64,000 nucleotides of DNA from Asterias rubens (taxonomy: Eukaryota). Of the stretch, positions 51,535-64,000 are shown piece by piece. A program made the translations under genes and the position numbers. The notes below the pieces were generated by a model. It had not been told where the DNA came from. It searched no databases and worked only from the letters and a program-made list of their open reading frames with translations. The DNA lies in assembly GCF_902459465.1 (NCBI RefSeq), contig NC_047074.1, forward strand, positions 13,330,001-13,394,000, written 5' to 3'. Each line of letters starts with the position of its first letter. The first letter of the stretch is position 1.

Positions 51535-53839
51535 GACTGGGTCTGCTGAATGGCTGAAAAAATGAATGAACATTTGGTGGTTATAACTTTTGCCTTTTCC
51601 TGCTAAATTCAACAACTTGACAAACTCTGTGGAAGCTCTCTTTGACATGTATATAAACAGCAAAACTACTATAAATTTAGACATCTGTGTAATAAATAAA
51701 TGTTTAAAATAACAAGATTGTGTATCTTTTTTGTGTATTTTTTTATCAGGGGTGGGAGAGGGAATGTTCTACTTTTTAAGATATAAGATCAAAGTATATT
51801 TTTTATCTAGACTAGAGATTTGTTGATACAAAGTTACTGTACAATGTAAGGCTACTTGAAGAAAGCAGCAGGAGAGAAATTGTTTAATGGCAGTGGACAC
51901 TATTGGTAGTTACTCAAAATAATTATTAGCATAAAACCTTTCTTGGTGACGAGTAATGGGGAGAGGTTGTTGGTATAAAACATTGTGAGAAACGGGTCCC
52001 TCTGAAGTGCCATAGTTTTCGAGAAAGAAGTCATTTACAACAAACTTGATTTCGAGACCTCAGATTTAGAACTTGCGGTCTCGAAATCAACCATCTAAAC
52101 GCACACAACTTCATGTGACTAGGGTGTTTTCTTCTTTAATTATTATCTCGCAACTTTGATGACAGATTGAGCTCAAATTTTCACAGGTTAGTTATTTTAT
52201 GCATATGTTGAGATACACCAACTGTGACGGCTAATCTTTGACATTAAACAATAGTGTCCACTGCCTTTAAGAAATCCATGACTTGGCGTCCCCATCCTAC
52301 AACTCATTTTCTTAATTTCTTAATCTTAGTTAGCAAATTAAAAGGATTTTTGGGGTTGAACAAAGAATTGACTAGAGTGGGATTCGAACCAACGCCCCCT
52401 GGATTAACGTGCCGGCACTCTACCAACTGAGCTATCTACATATTTCTAGCCCTATATTGGCGGTGTCCCTATTAGGAATGTGAAAAACAAGAAATTCAGC
52501 ATGCCAATCAATATGCATTAATTATTGTAAACAATAATTAACCAGATTGTTGATTAATTTAAAAAAAAAAAGTTCCAGAATTGTTTTTATTATATGGCAC
52601 CACTTTCACTCTTCCACTTTACACCCCCCCCCCCAAACAAAAACAGATGTGAGCTGATACAGTATAAAAGCAAGATTTTATTTCATATTTTAATGAAAAG
52701 GTGACATTTTTTTTTTTCAGTAAAATTTGTAAATTTAGAAGGTAATAATTAAAATGGGTCTATAGTTACCTTGAACAAATTCAACTATTTCAATTTAATT
52801 ATTGTTTGGTTTTAACAAAAGAAAATTACATTTTGTTTTTTTAATTTGATTAATATTTGAGTTTCTTTTTTTTTTTTTTTTTTTTTCTCAATATTCTTAT
52901 CTAACGTCACGGAAAAGTTTCCGTATGGCGCCACCACTTTTTCATTCGAAATAAAATCATATAGTATCTAATTTACCTGATTGATATATCCCTTTTTGTA
53001 AAAATGAGTGAAAAAGTGGTGGCTCCATACGGAAAGTTATCCAATCTCTTTTTGTAAAAATGAGTGAAAAAGTGGTGGCGCCATACGGAAAGTTATCCCA
53101 GAGGTCCGTTGTTATTCTTGCCCTTGACGCAGTTTCACGGTGCATTTTCCTTCCAAATTTAAAATACACAGCATGCAACCATATTGCTCCATGATGCAAC
53201 ACGTACCGTAGGCTCTACTCACCCACAAAATGATCCTGAACCGGACTGGAAACAACGTCTCACCGTCGTCAGGCACAATCCCGCTAACCCAACTGCAACA
53301 ATTCGTGAGAGGTTTATCCCTCTCATGCCTAAGCACCTCACGTAACGTTTCGGGACACGAAATATATAACAACATCTTGTTGAATAACAGGCAGCTTTTA
53401 TAACGCTGATTCAGACTTGCATAACTTCTTTTTTTCAGGATTTCGGATTTCGGGTCACGTACTTTGTGTTGGCCAAAGTTCATCGAGTGGTGGCGGCAGA
53501 ACATGCGGTGGTCCGCCAAAAACTTTAAAAGGATGGCTAAACAAAGTTAATACTCAACTCTCAAGTCTCTAAAAAAGCTGCTTGAAAACCAATCACATTT
53601 TTGAACAACTACATTTCATATTTCTTTCAGAATAATGTGCTATAATTCACTTCAGAAAGTAACACCCGCAAAAAACACGTGTGCTTTCCATCTGGGTGTC
53701 TTATTATCCGGGCCATTATTACGGGGAAAAAATATGTTCCCCGGAGATTCAGTCTCATACGGAAATTCGCAACATGGGGTAATAATTAAAGGAGTTCAAA
53801 AGAGGGTGCCAGGAAGAAGTTTGTATGGTGGCTTTAAAG

Positions 53840-55005
53840 GGACATCGCAAATATATATTGACGCCAATATTGACGCCAATATTTGCGACTTTTACCCCAA
53901 GTTGCAAATATTGACGCCAATATTGACGCCAATATTCACGACTTGGCCCAAAGTCGCAAATATTGACGCCAATATTGACGCCAATATTCACGACTTGGCC
54001 CAAAGTCGCAAATATTGACGCCAATATTGACGCCAATATTCACGACATGGGCCCTATGTCGCAAATATTGACGCCAATATTGACGCCAATATTCACAACA
54101 TGGGTCAAATGTCGCAAATATTGATGCCAATATTGACGCCAAAATTCACGACATGGGCCCTATGTCGCAAATATTGACGCCAATTGACGCCAATATTCAC
54201 GACATGGGCCCTATGTCGCAAATATTGACGCCAATATTCACGCCAATATTCACGACATGGGCTACACGTCGCAAATATTGACGCCAATATTGACGCCAAT
54301 ATTCACGACATAGCCCAAGTCGCAAACCCACTCAGGCGTGAATTTTTTTTAAAGCAACTTGGGGAGTCAGAGCGCGCGAGCGAGATCGGGACCAGTGCGC
54401 CAGACTATTTTCTTGCCCACCCAGCTACCTAGGTTGCTAAAAAAACAATGAATATTCACGCCTGAGCGGGTTTGCGACTTGGGGCCCATGTCGTGAATGT
54501 TGGCGTAAATATTTGCGACTTGGGGCCCATGTCGTGAATATTGGCGTCAATATTGGCGTCAATATTTGCGACTTGGAGGCAATGTCGTAAATATTGGCGC
54601 CAATATTGGCGTCAATATTCGCGACTTAGGTCATGTCGTGAATATTGGCGTCAATATTGGCGTCAATATTTGCAACTTGAGGCTATGTCGTAAATATTGG
54701 CGTCAATATTGGCGTCAATATTTGCGACATAGGGCCCATGTCGTGAATATTGGCGTCAATATTGGCGTCAATATTTGCGTCAATATTTGACCCATGTTGT
54801 GAATATTGGCGTCAATATTGGCGTCAATATTTGCGACATAGGGCCCATGTCGTGAATATTGGCGTCAATATTGGCGTCAATATTTGCGACTTTGGGCCAA
54901 GTCGTGAATATTGGCGTCAATATTGGCGTCAATATTTGCAACTTGGGGTAAAAGTCGCAAATATTGGCGTCAATATTGGCGTCAATATATATTTGCGATG
55001 TCCCT
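53840..55005. mobile_element. Foldback-type element with ~490-bp inverted arms of 12-bp ATATTGACGCCA subrepeats and TTAA flanks
   Basis: TTAA|AGGGACATCGCAAATAT ... ATATTTGCGATGTCCCT|TTAA with a ~105-bp central spacer; a second, left-truncated copy at 55611-~56695. Confidence 0.85.
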
Positions 55006-57300
55006 TTAAAGCCACCATAAGTTTGTACGCACAGTTCGCCATATTTGGGACAGAATCTCCTTCCACACCGGAACCAACTTGTTGTCAGTTTTTCATATAA
55101 GGGCCCAGACCTAAACATGCCTTCCTCCATGGGCCAAACTAGTCTGTTTCCCAAGCCAGAAACTTTGAAGCAAACGTTTATAGAGTTTCTTCAAAAGTTG
55201 AAGCACACGAACCCCAAGGCTTTGTTGTCAACAATTCCCTTCCGTTCCATAATGAATGTCATGTTTAATCTTCAGTGCTTTATGGTTGAGATTGTAAAGA
55301 ATTAGATGAAAGGTTGAAAAATTAGCCAGGTTAGAGGCCCGTTTCATGGGCGATTTTTTAAGGCGAATTTGTCCACCACCTCCGATGATGAAGAATAAAT
55401 GAATGAATAATGGATGCACGCTTAATTGGCAAGACTCATTTTAAAAAATGTGACGTCATGGACGCATGAACAATCAAATCACATTATGCTAATGAGCGGA
55501 ATTTTTGTTGGCACGACACCGCGGGTCTATTTTTTGTGACCTTTTCTGCTTTTGTTCCTCTGTGGAAAAGAATCACCGGGAACCATAGCCCGAGTCATCA
55601 GTGTGATCTTTGACGCCAATATTCACGCCAATATTCACGACTTGGCCCAAAGTCGCAAATATTGACGCCAATATTCACGCCAATATTCACGACTTGGCCC
55701 AAAGTCGCAAATATTGACGCCAATATTGACGCCAATATTCACGACATGGGCCCTATGTCGCAAATATTGACGCCAATATTGACGCCAATATTCACAACAT
55801 GGGTCAAATGTCGCAAATATTGATGCCAATATTGACGCCAAAATTCACGACATGGGCCCTATGTCGCAAATATTGACGCCAATATTGACGCCAATATTCA
55901 CGACATGGGCCCTATGTCGCAAATATTGACGCCAATATTCACGCCAATATTCACGACATGGGCTACACGTCGCAAATATTGACGCCAATATTGACGCCAA
56001 TATTCACGACATAGCCCAAGTCGCAAACCCACTCAGGCGTGAATTTTTTTTAAAGCAACTTGGGGAGTCAGAGCGCGCGAGCGAGATCGGGACCAGTGCG
56101 CCAGACTATTTTCTTGCCCACCCAGCTACCTAGGTTGCTAAAAAAACAATGAATATTTACGCCTGAGCGGGTTTGCGACTTGGGGCCCATGTCGTGAATA
56201 TTGGCGTAAATATTTGCGACTTGGGGCCCATGTCGTGAATATTGGCGTCAATATTGGCGTCAATATTTGCGACTTGGAGGCAATGTCGTAAATATTGGCG
56301 CCAATATTGGCGTCAATATTCGCGACTTAGGTCATGTCGTGAATATTGGCGTCAATATTTGCAACTTGAGGCTATGTCGTAAATATTGGCGTCAATATTG
56401 GCGTCAATATTTGCGACATAGGGCCCATGTCGTGAATATTGGCGTCAATATTGGCGTCAATATTTGCGTCAATATTTGACCCATGTTGTGAATATTGGCG
56501 TCAATATTGGCGTCAATATTTGCGACATAGGGCCCATGTCGTGAATATTGGCGTCAATATTGGCGTCAATATTTGCGACTTTGGGCCAAGTCGTGAATAT
56601 TGGCGTCAATATTGGCGTCAATATTTGCAACTTGGGGTAAAAGTCGCAAATATTGGCGTCAATATTGGCGTCAATATATATTTGCGATGTCCCTTTAAAG
56701 CCACCATAAGTTTGTACGCACAGTTCGCCATATTTGGGACAGAATCTCCTTCCACACCGGAACCAACTTGTTGTCAGTTTTTCATATAAGGGCCCAGACC
56801 TAAACATGCCTTCCTCCATGGGCCAAACTAGTCTGTTTCCCAAGCCAGAAACTTTGAAGCAAACGTTTATAGAGTTTCTTCAAAAGTTGAAGCACACGAA
56901 CCCCAAACCTTTGTTGTCAACAATTCCCTTCCGTTCCATAATGAATGTCATGTTTAATCTTCAGTGCTTTATGGTTGAGATTGTAAAGAATTAGATGAAA
57001 GGTTGAAAAATTAGCCAGGTTAGAGGCCCGTTTCATGGGCGATTTTTTAAGGCGAATTTGTCCACCACCTCCGATGATGAAGAATAAATGAATGAATAAT
57101 GGATGCACGCTTAATTGGCAAGACTCATTTTAAAAAATGTGACGTCATGGACGCATGAACAATCAAATCACATTATGCTAATGAGCGGAATTTTTGTTGG
57201 CATGACACCGCGGGTCTATTTTTTGTGACCTTTTCTGCTTTTGTTCCTCTGTGGAAAAGAATCACCGGGAACCATAGCCCGAGTCATCAGTGTGATCTTT
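53920..57300. repeat. ~1689-bp direct tandem duplication
   Basis: Matching ORFs are offset by exactly 1689 (54750/56439, 55045/56734, 55228/56917); junction GTGATCTTT|GACGCC at 55610/55611. Confidence 0.9.
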
Positions 57301-58702
57301 ACTGTAAGTTGTCTAATTCTTCATTAAAAGAAATGAATGCGTTAACATGTTTTTACTCATCGTCCTATGTTATGCACACCCTTCAAAGTAAAACTCTTTA
57401 ATATACAATTGTTTAAAATGAGAAATTTTAAAGATTTAAATGACAAATTATTACAAACTTTGTCTTAATGCTGCTTGTTTCACCTTCTCTTTGAATGTTA
57501 TACCTTCCACCCGCGGGTAGTAGTTAAACAGCACGACAGTTCTTTTCAGAAATGAGAAGTCTCCCGAAGTCTCCCGAACATCCGATAAATCTACTCCGCG
57601 GTAGTAGAATAAAGAAAGACAGTTCTCTAAGAACAAACTCTACTTGGCAAGTAGATACACACATGGTGTTATACCGCAAACCAAATAATTATATATTGAC
57701 ACCTCACCATGCAATGCCTCAAATCATTTATACTTTTCAGACAAAAAAAAGAAGGAAAAGGCCGATCACACTTCACTTTTGAATTTGTACAGTGTTTTTA
57801 AAGTTTTTTTTATACACTGTTTTTTAAAGGCAGTGGACACTATTGGTAATTACTCAAAATAATTATCAGCATAAAACCACACTTGGTATTACGAGTAATG
57901 GGGAGAGGTTGATAGTATAAAACATTGTGAGAAACGGCTCCCTCTGAAGTGACGTTGTTTTCAAGAAAGAAGTAATTTTCCACGAATTTGATTTCGCGAC
58001 CTCAAGTTTAGAATTTGAGGTCTCGAAATCAAGCATCTGAAAGCACACAACTTCGTGTGGCAAGGGTGTTTTTTCTTTCATAGTTATCTCGCAACTCCGA
58101 CGACCAATCAAGCTCAAATTTTCACAGGTTTGTTATTTTATGCATATGTTGAGATACAGCAAGTGAGAAGACTGGTCTTTGACAATTACCAATAGTGTCC
58201 AGTGTCTTTAAAAGATAACGAGAAAATCAGCTGATCAGCTGAAAAAGTTGCACGCCTGAATTTTCACCGGCGGTGAGAGAAGATTATTTTGACAGCAATC
58301 AAACAGTCTTCCAGATAGTCGAGATTGTTTTTCACCATTCAAGGAACGGACCCATGAACATTTTATACACGGATGTAGTCAGGTATTTGAAACAATAACT
58401 ATTACATATACATCAGAGTAAGGCACGTTTGTGTACGAGTCAACGGGGAAATCCCTTGAGACAGCGGACCAGTCTATCTTGTAAAAATCCGGCGGATAAA
58501 CCAACTTGCCCTTGACGCTGAAACTTTAAATTCTGTTACCGAAGCGATTCTCTTAAAAGTAAGTTTTACAAAATTGCTAAATTAGCCCCGTTGATAACTG
58601 GTGATGTAAAGGACAATTAAAGACACTATAGAGTTAAATGAAGCAACAGTTCATGGTGGCACAAGAGAGCAGAAATAATTATGAGGAAAGAAAGATGTGA
58701 GT

Positions 58703-59968
58703 TTAAAGTTCCACATGGCTGGAGTTGTTTGCAGCTGGCTTCCGGTAATGTCCCATGAAGATGATGGTCTTCGTCTCGGCATCCATAATGAAAAAGAGGA
58801 AAGGATGGTCGCCTCTAAACTCAGGGGTCAGATCAATTGACCTCTTCATCATGGTCACCGCTGTAGCTGCAGCAGCTTCACTCCCCTCCTCATTGACCTC
58901 AAGGAAGGCCTTATGTATGACCTTTGACACGAACAACCCCTTTTCTCCTGTGATGCCTGACAAGTCTGCGTTCATTGGGTGAAATAAATCTCGCATCCCC
59001 ATGTCTGCCAAGACGTCGTTCATGACGATGGTTTCTTCCAGTTTGAACTTTGGCAGCGTCACCGAAACAGTCATGTTCCTCATGGTGCTCAAGAGATTTC
59101 TGAGTGTCTCTTGCGTGAGATGAGCTTGTAATCTTCCTAACCCGTCTATCTCGTCTGGTAGGATGACTACCATGTTCATGTGGTTGCCAACATAGGGAAG
59201 CTCGACAATCTTACAACGTAGGGCTGTGTCCATACCAAAGAAGAAGTATGACTTCCGGTTCATCATGGACACCTGGACGTCATCAGTCTCCGAGACGTAG
59301 AACTCTCCTTCGTAAGTCTTTTTGGGGTCGAATTGCTTCGCCCAGTCTGCTTTAAAGTAAATCGCGTTGACGAGAACGAGTTGCGTCATGGGATTGACGG
59401 AACCAGCGGGGAGAAGGTCCCGGATCTTACGGTTAGTCTCCTTTTCAACCCACGCATTGATGAATCGACGAGCACCCTCAACGTCCTTGACGAAATCAAG
59501 AGTGGACACGTCGCTGCCGTAATGCTCGTTCGCGTCCGAGAGGAACTGCTGAGTCAGAATTACATCCTTGTGGCCGAATATGCGGTTGGCTTTGTTCAGG
59601 GTGTACTTATCGGCACTCTTGCCGAAGATGGCGGTGTTGAGCTGGGCAAATGAGGAATGCAGAACCGACATTTCGACGGCGTCGAATTTCAGGACTTCGC
59701 CCATCTGGTGTGCGGTGTTTCCGCGTGCGCCCAACAGAGTCATGGCTAGAGCGGTTGAGATGCTGATCGGGGAAAAGAAGATGTTGTTTTTGCCTGAATT
59801 CGCGGCGTGAGTTTGGTAGAGATGCAGTGCGAAGTCATTGGAGGCTTTTGCAACACGATCTGTGTTGGACACAGAATCAGAATTACCTAGCGATGTGGCA
59901 AGAAGAAGAAGAAGAAGAGTTGTTGTATAAACTAGAACTGTCAGTTTCGTGATGGTGGCGGTTGCCAT
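58703..59968 (-). CDS. Secretory-pathway inhibitory serpin (neuroserpin / amphioxus Spn1-like), 421 aa, intronless coding region
   Basis: Hydrophobic signal peptide (LLLLLLATSLG), NIFFSPISISTALAM, LVNAIYFKADW, hinge EEGSEAAAATAV, P2-P1' K-R-S, FRGDHPFLFFI and C-terminal HVEL. A splice acceptor near 60042 suggests an upstream UTR exon. Confidence 0.92.
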   Translation of the reverse strand: MATATITKLTVLVYTTTLLLLLLATSLGNSDSVSNTDRVAKASNDFALHLYQTHAANSGKNNIFFSPISISTALAMTLLGARGNTAHQMGEVLKFDAVEMSVLHSSFAQLNTAIFGKSADKYTLNKANRIFGHKDVILTQQFLSDANEHYGSDVSTLDFVKDVEGARRFINAWVEKETNRKIRDLLPAGSVNPMTQLVLVNAIYFKADWAKQFDPKKTYEGEFYVSETDDVQVSMMNRKSYFFFGMDTALRCKIVELPYVGNHMNMVVILPDEIDGLGRLQAHLTQETLRNLLSTMRNMTVSVTLPKFKLEETIVMNDVLADMGMRDLFHPMNADLSGITGEKGLFVSKVIHKAFLEVNEEGSEAAAATAVTMMKRSIDLTPEFRGDHPFLFFIMDAETKTIIFMGHYRKPAANNSSHVEL

Positions 59969-60109
59969 GTTGACTGCATTCAAACGCTGGTCCTTTTTGC
60001 TTCCTTGTCCGAGTGAAATCCACATCAAGAATTCGTTGGCTGAAATAGAATAAAAATGTGAAATTATGTTTTGTTTTGATAGTTGTGACAAAGAGTAGCA
60101 TGATGTACA

Positions 60110-60290
60110 CAATTATTTGGGGTTGAACAACGTAAAAATAACGAGAGTGGGACTCGAACCAACGACCTCCGGGTTTCATGCCGTCGCTCTACCAACTGAG
60201 CTATCTAGCTAGCACACTATGTTGGTGGTCTCCCTATGTTGTCAATATTTTTGTTCGGGTTGCCAGTCAGTGACAGTCACTCGAATAGGA
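60110..60290 (-). mobile_element. tRNA-derived dispersed repeat; second copy at ~52330-52500
   Basis: TAGCTCAGTTGGTAGAG and GGTTCGA(G/A)TCCC boxes with shared non-tRNA flanks; the acceptor stem does not pair. Confidence 0.6.
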
Positions 60291-63200
60291 TTAAAAGGGC
60301 AAAAACAAACTATTATTTAATTTAATTGGTTCTTCACAATTATTGTGGAAAAAAAGAAAAATATTCTAAAAGAGTTCAGAATTTTTTTGAATGACAAAAC
60401 TAACATGATATGAAAACAATTTCTGGATGAAATGGTCAAAATAGTTGTGATGTGACCCACCTCAGTTCTACTAAAGTAGCGTTGAAACCAAACATGTATG
60501 TTCTTTTCGTCAGAACAACCCCAACTCATTTAGAGATAGTCATTACATGATGTGACCGTAAACCTTTCCATATAGTCGTATACATCTAAATAATTATTAA
60601 CTGTTGGTGACACAAAACACAGACAGTACCATGTCTCACAAAGGCGTGGGTCACCTATTAATTGAAATGTAAACATGTTCCTTTATCATGTCATTATGCA
60701 CGGACTGGCAAGTACAAGGTTCGTCTGCTAACTATTATTTTGAGTTATACGTTGACAATAGAGAGATAAGGCTGCCAAATTAAGTGATTGCCTGTGATAT
60801 TTTTTTCACAGGACTCGGGAAAGTACTTAGTATGCAGTGCTAACACACATCGGTGTATTGGTAAAAACAAAATTAAAGGAACACGTTGCCTTGGATCGGT
60901 CGAGTTGGTCCTTTAAAAGCGTTCTGTAACCGTTTGATTATAAAATGTTATGGTTAGAAAGATTTTGTAAAAGTAGAATACAATGATCCACACAAACATG
61001 CCTCGAAATTGCGCGGTTTTCTTTTTACCTCGTCGACTAACACGGTCGGCCATCTATGGGAGTCAAATTTTTGACTCCCATAAATGGCCGACCCTTAGTT
61101 CGCGACGTAAAATGAAAACCGTGCATTTTTTAGTGATACGTTTGTGGATCATTATATTCTACTTTTAAAACATATTTCCAACCATTGCATTTCATAACAA
61201 ACGGTTACAAACGCTTTTTGAAGACCAACTCGTCCGATTGCAGGCAACGTGTTCCTTATTATTTATCCCCGATGCAAATTTAACATACATTATAAAAGTG
61301 AATACCGTTACTACACGGAGCACGGGGAAAGTCACATGTTGAAGGCACTGTGGAGTCGCGTATAGGGCCCTTGCCCTTTCATAACCGAAGCACTCCTTTA
61401 CCAACGGGAGAAATGCCTTGGTGCCCTTGCATAAAACGAAGCACTACTACAGGCACGCACTCAACTAAACTGTTTTGGCTGCAACTCTCCACCTGTGTCT
61501 GTTGGAGGGGGGGGGGGGTCAATATTGTCCGTATGACTCGAAAACAATCGACTATTAAAAAAAATATCAACTTGATTATCGAAGTTGGCACCAAGTTTAG
61601 TGTATGTTTCTTGATAAATTGTCCTACAAAATGATATTACGTTGACAAAAAACCGAACGATGACCCTACCTTTGTAAAAATAGTTATATCGTTATTATTA
61701 TGCTCTTTAAACATCCCTCGTTTCCCCGTGCTAGTATTGAAAACAGATATAGAGATGCAGTCGATTGTTACAAAATTTAATTAACACATTTCTATTCAAT
61801 GAAATAAAAACCTCAATCAACTAGCGCAACATATCTCAATTAATTAATTTGCTGGCCGTGTCGATTTTACGAGGCGAGAAGAAAATGATTGTACATGTAT
61901 TCAACAAGAAAGAGGACAACGTAGAATATTTCTATATAAATTCAACTTTCTTTATTGTAACCACTTTTTGTTAAATCATCATGTTGCATTAACAATAAAT
62001 TAACAAATTACATGTTATTTTTTTTTTCAAACAAAACCCAGTGTCCTCCGTTCACGCACATATGCAGCGGCTGAACAAAGCTGTACATTTTGCGAGTCAA
62101 CAGAGCCCGATGGCATGGCTCTCTGCTTACCGTAAGCAAATAACAAGCGCTTAGCTGGGACTATTTGCTTGTGCTCGTAAGTACTCCAGGGCCAAAGTTG
62201 ATAAAGCTATTAAGCATAAAATACTTCTTGACAATTTAATTGGCTAAACAAAATTGAGTGTGGTACCATGGCATAAAGTCACAAACTTAATATAACTTTG
62301 GCTGTTAAAGACACCGGACACTATTGGTAACTCAACTCAATGCACACAATAACAAACCTGTGACAATTTGAGCTCAATCGGTCGTCGAATTGCGAGATAA
62401 TAATGAAAGAAAAAACACCCTTGTTGTTACACGAAGTTGTGTGCTTTCAGATGCTTGATTTCGATACCTCAAATTCTAAAATCCGAGGTCTCGAATTCGT
62501 GAAAAATTACTTCTTTCTCGAAAACTACATTACTTCAGAGAGAGCCGTTTATCACAATGTTTTATACTGCCAACCTCTCCCCATCACTCGTTACCAAGAA
62601 AGGTTTTATGCTAATAATTACTTTGAGTAGTGTCCACTGAAATCGGGCCCTGTTACCAGCATTCTTCTTTTACTCGAAGCGCAGAATTTTGGTGTTTGCC
62701 TTGTGAGGAAAGATTGGTGATAGCAAGCTCAGAATTCGGCGGTAAGCAAAGCCATAAAATTGTGCACACGGAGTATTGAACACGCAGCGTCGCATTGTAT
62801 ACGGTATGTAATAAACACCCTACTTATAACACACATGGACATTATTTTACTCACAAAGAATTTCATCCAATAATCAAATTTACATTACACAATTTGCACA
62901 GTCCATTCCATTTGTATAATAAACAAAGATCTCGTTTACTCTATTTCATATTATACATCCTTTTATGGAAAAGCCCAACACAAAATGGTTTGGGAGCGCA
63001 TTGTCATCACATAAATTAAATAAGTTTCTCTCACTGTGAACGTATACATAATTATCGTGTATGTACACGATAGGAGACTTTTTGTGTTCATGTGGCGGCA
63101 ATTTGCTTCCGTAGAAATATAACTATTCTAAAACAATAGTTCTTGCTGAGCAGTGGGCATTACTCCATTCTTTCTGCACACAACTGAGATACGAGTTTGG

Positions 63201-64000
63201 TACTAACACAAACAAGTTGCATAATAAAGCAAAACCATAAAATTCCACAAACTTGACTTTCAATCGTTGAGCCAGAGCATGGCCAGAGCAAGAGGGTCGG
63301 GAAATTAACAAGCTCAAAGAAAAGATATACATTTGCTTCAGTTAAGTATATTATTCTACTTACATTTTCTGCAGATCAAATTGTGGTTCAAATTCTGAAA
63401 ACGTGGGTATGCTTATTTTAAATATTATAATGGTCTGATTTTGCAACAAAAATTTCAGAAATTCAAATTCTTATCAAGCACCATTACATGTTATAAAATT
63501 ATTTAATTATTTGAAGAAAAATGGAGTCATGATTCTCATTATTGTTCATACCAATTTAACGAGAATAACATGATGCAGTGCTACTATAAGTAATATTTCA
63601 TTGTTTTAAGTTTATACTTTTAAAATTGACCACTAATTCATTTTCCTTTCACAAATTGACTACTTTTACTACTTATTTTATTATCTTTCTGAATGAAACC
63701 AGGGAACCCGAAAAAGTGACTGTGACCGAGTAGGCCTTTTACTTATAGACATGTGGTTAAATGTCTGTCGCAGCGATAGCAAAACGACTCTCCAAAACGA
63801 TATCTTGCAAGACTGCTGCTCTTTGTGAGTTCTGCTCTCACAACTACTGCTATCCTGTTTAAAGACAGTGGACACTATTGGTAATTGTCAAAGACCAGTC
63901 TTCTCACTTAGTGTATCTCAACATATGCATAAAATATTAAACCTGTGAAAATTTGGTAGTCAAAGTTGCGAGAGAATAATGGAAGAAAAAACACCCTTGT

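Noticed and set aside
53635-57108. ORFs such as MASILASIFAT... and ...NIGVNIGVN...
   Set aside because: They are translations of the 12-bp foldback subrepeats and their duplicate.
59969-60112. Extra 48 N-terminal residues of the 469-aa serpin ORF
   Set aside because: They cross a polypyrimidine/AG acceptor near 60042; the signal peptide follows the ATG at 59968.
60110-60215. Possible tRNA genes here and at ~52340-52440, ~36220-36380 and ~13370-13450
   Set aside because: A and B boxes are present, but the acceptor and anticodon stems do not pair and the flanks are shared repeat sequence, so they are SINE-like.
60300-64000. Short ORFs at the right end of the window
   Set aside because: They overlap MITE copies or AT-rich DNA; I recognised no protein motif or consistent exon chain.

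Overview
AT-rich, intron-containing animal genomic DNA. The gene set and repeat families fit an invertebrate deuterostome such as an echinoderm (inference). I rebuilt the genes by hand from GT-AG boundaries and codon phase. (+) A tandem cluster of AADAC-like HSL-family lipases: one rearranged pseudogene fragment and two intact 4-exon genes. (-) A 21-coding-exon EMSY gene (1323 aa) with an N-terminal ENT domain and a C-terminal bromodomain. (+) A 5-exon single-domain rhodanese gene head-to-head with EMSY. (-) PACRG. (-) A 7-exon ADP-ribosylglycohydrolase-family gene. (-) An intronless secretory serpin with a dibasic MMKR|S reactive loop and an HVEL C-terminus. Non-coding DNA is full of MITEs (TTAA/Kolobok-like, TAG..CTA with 9-bp TSD, Harbinger-like, hAT-like), tRNA-derived SINEs and LINE 3' ends. 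The most unusual structures are four. A ~250-bp RTE LINE remnant has grown into two adjacent minisatellites (107 bp x9 and 37 bp x~60) between intact TSDs. A 147-bp tandem repeat is made from the 3' half of an EMSY coding exon plus its splice donor. A foldback element built from 12-bp subrepeats lies inside a 1.69-kb tandem duplication. One TAG..CTA MITE is nested inside another upstream of an AADAC gene. All family assignments come from recognising motifs; no searches were run.
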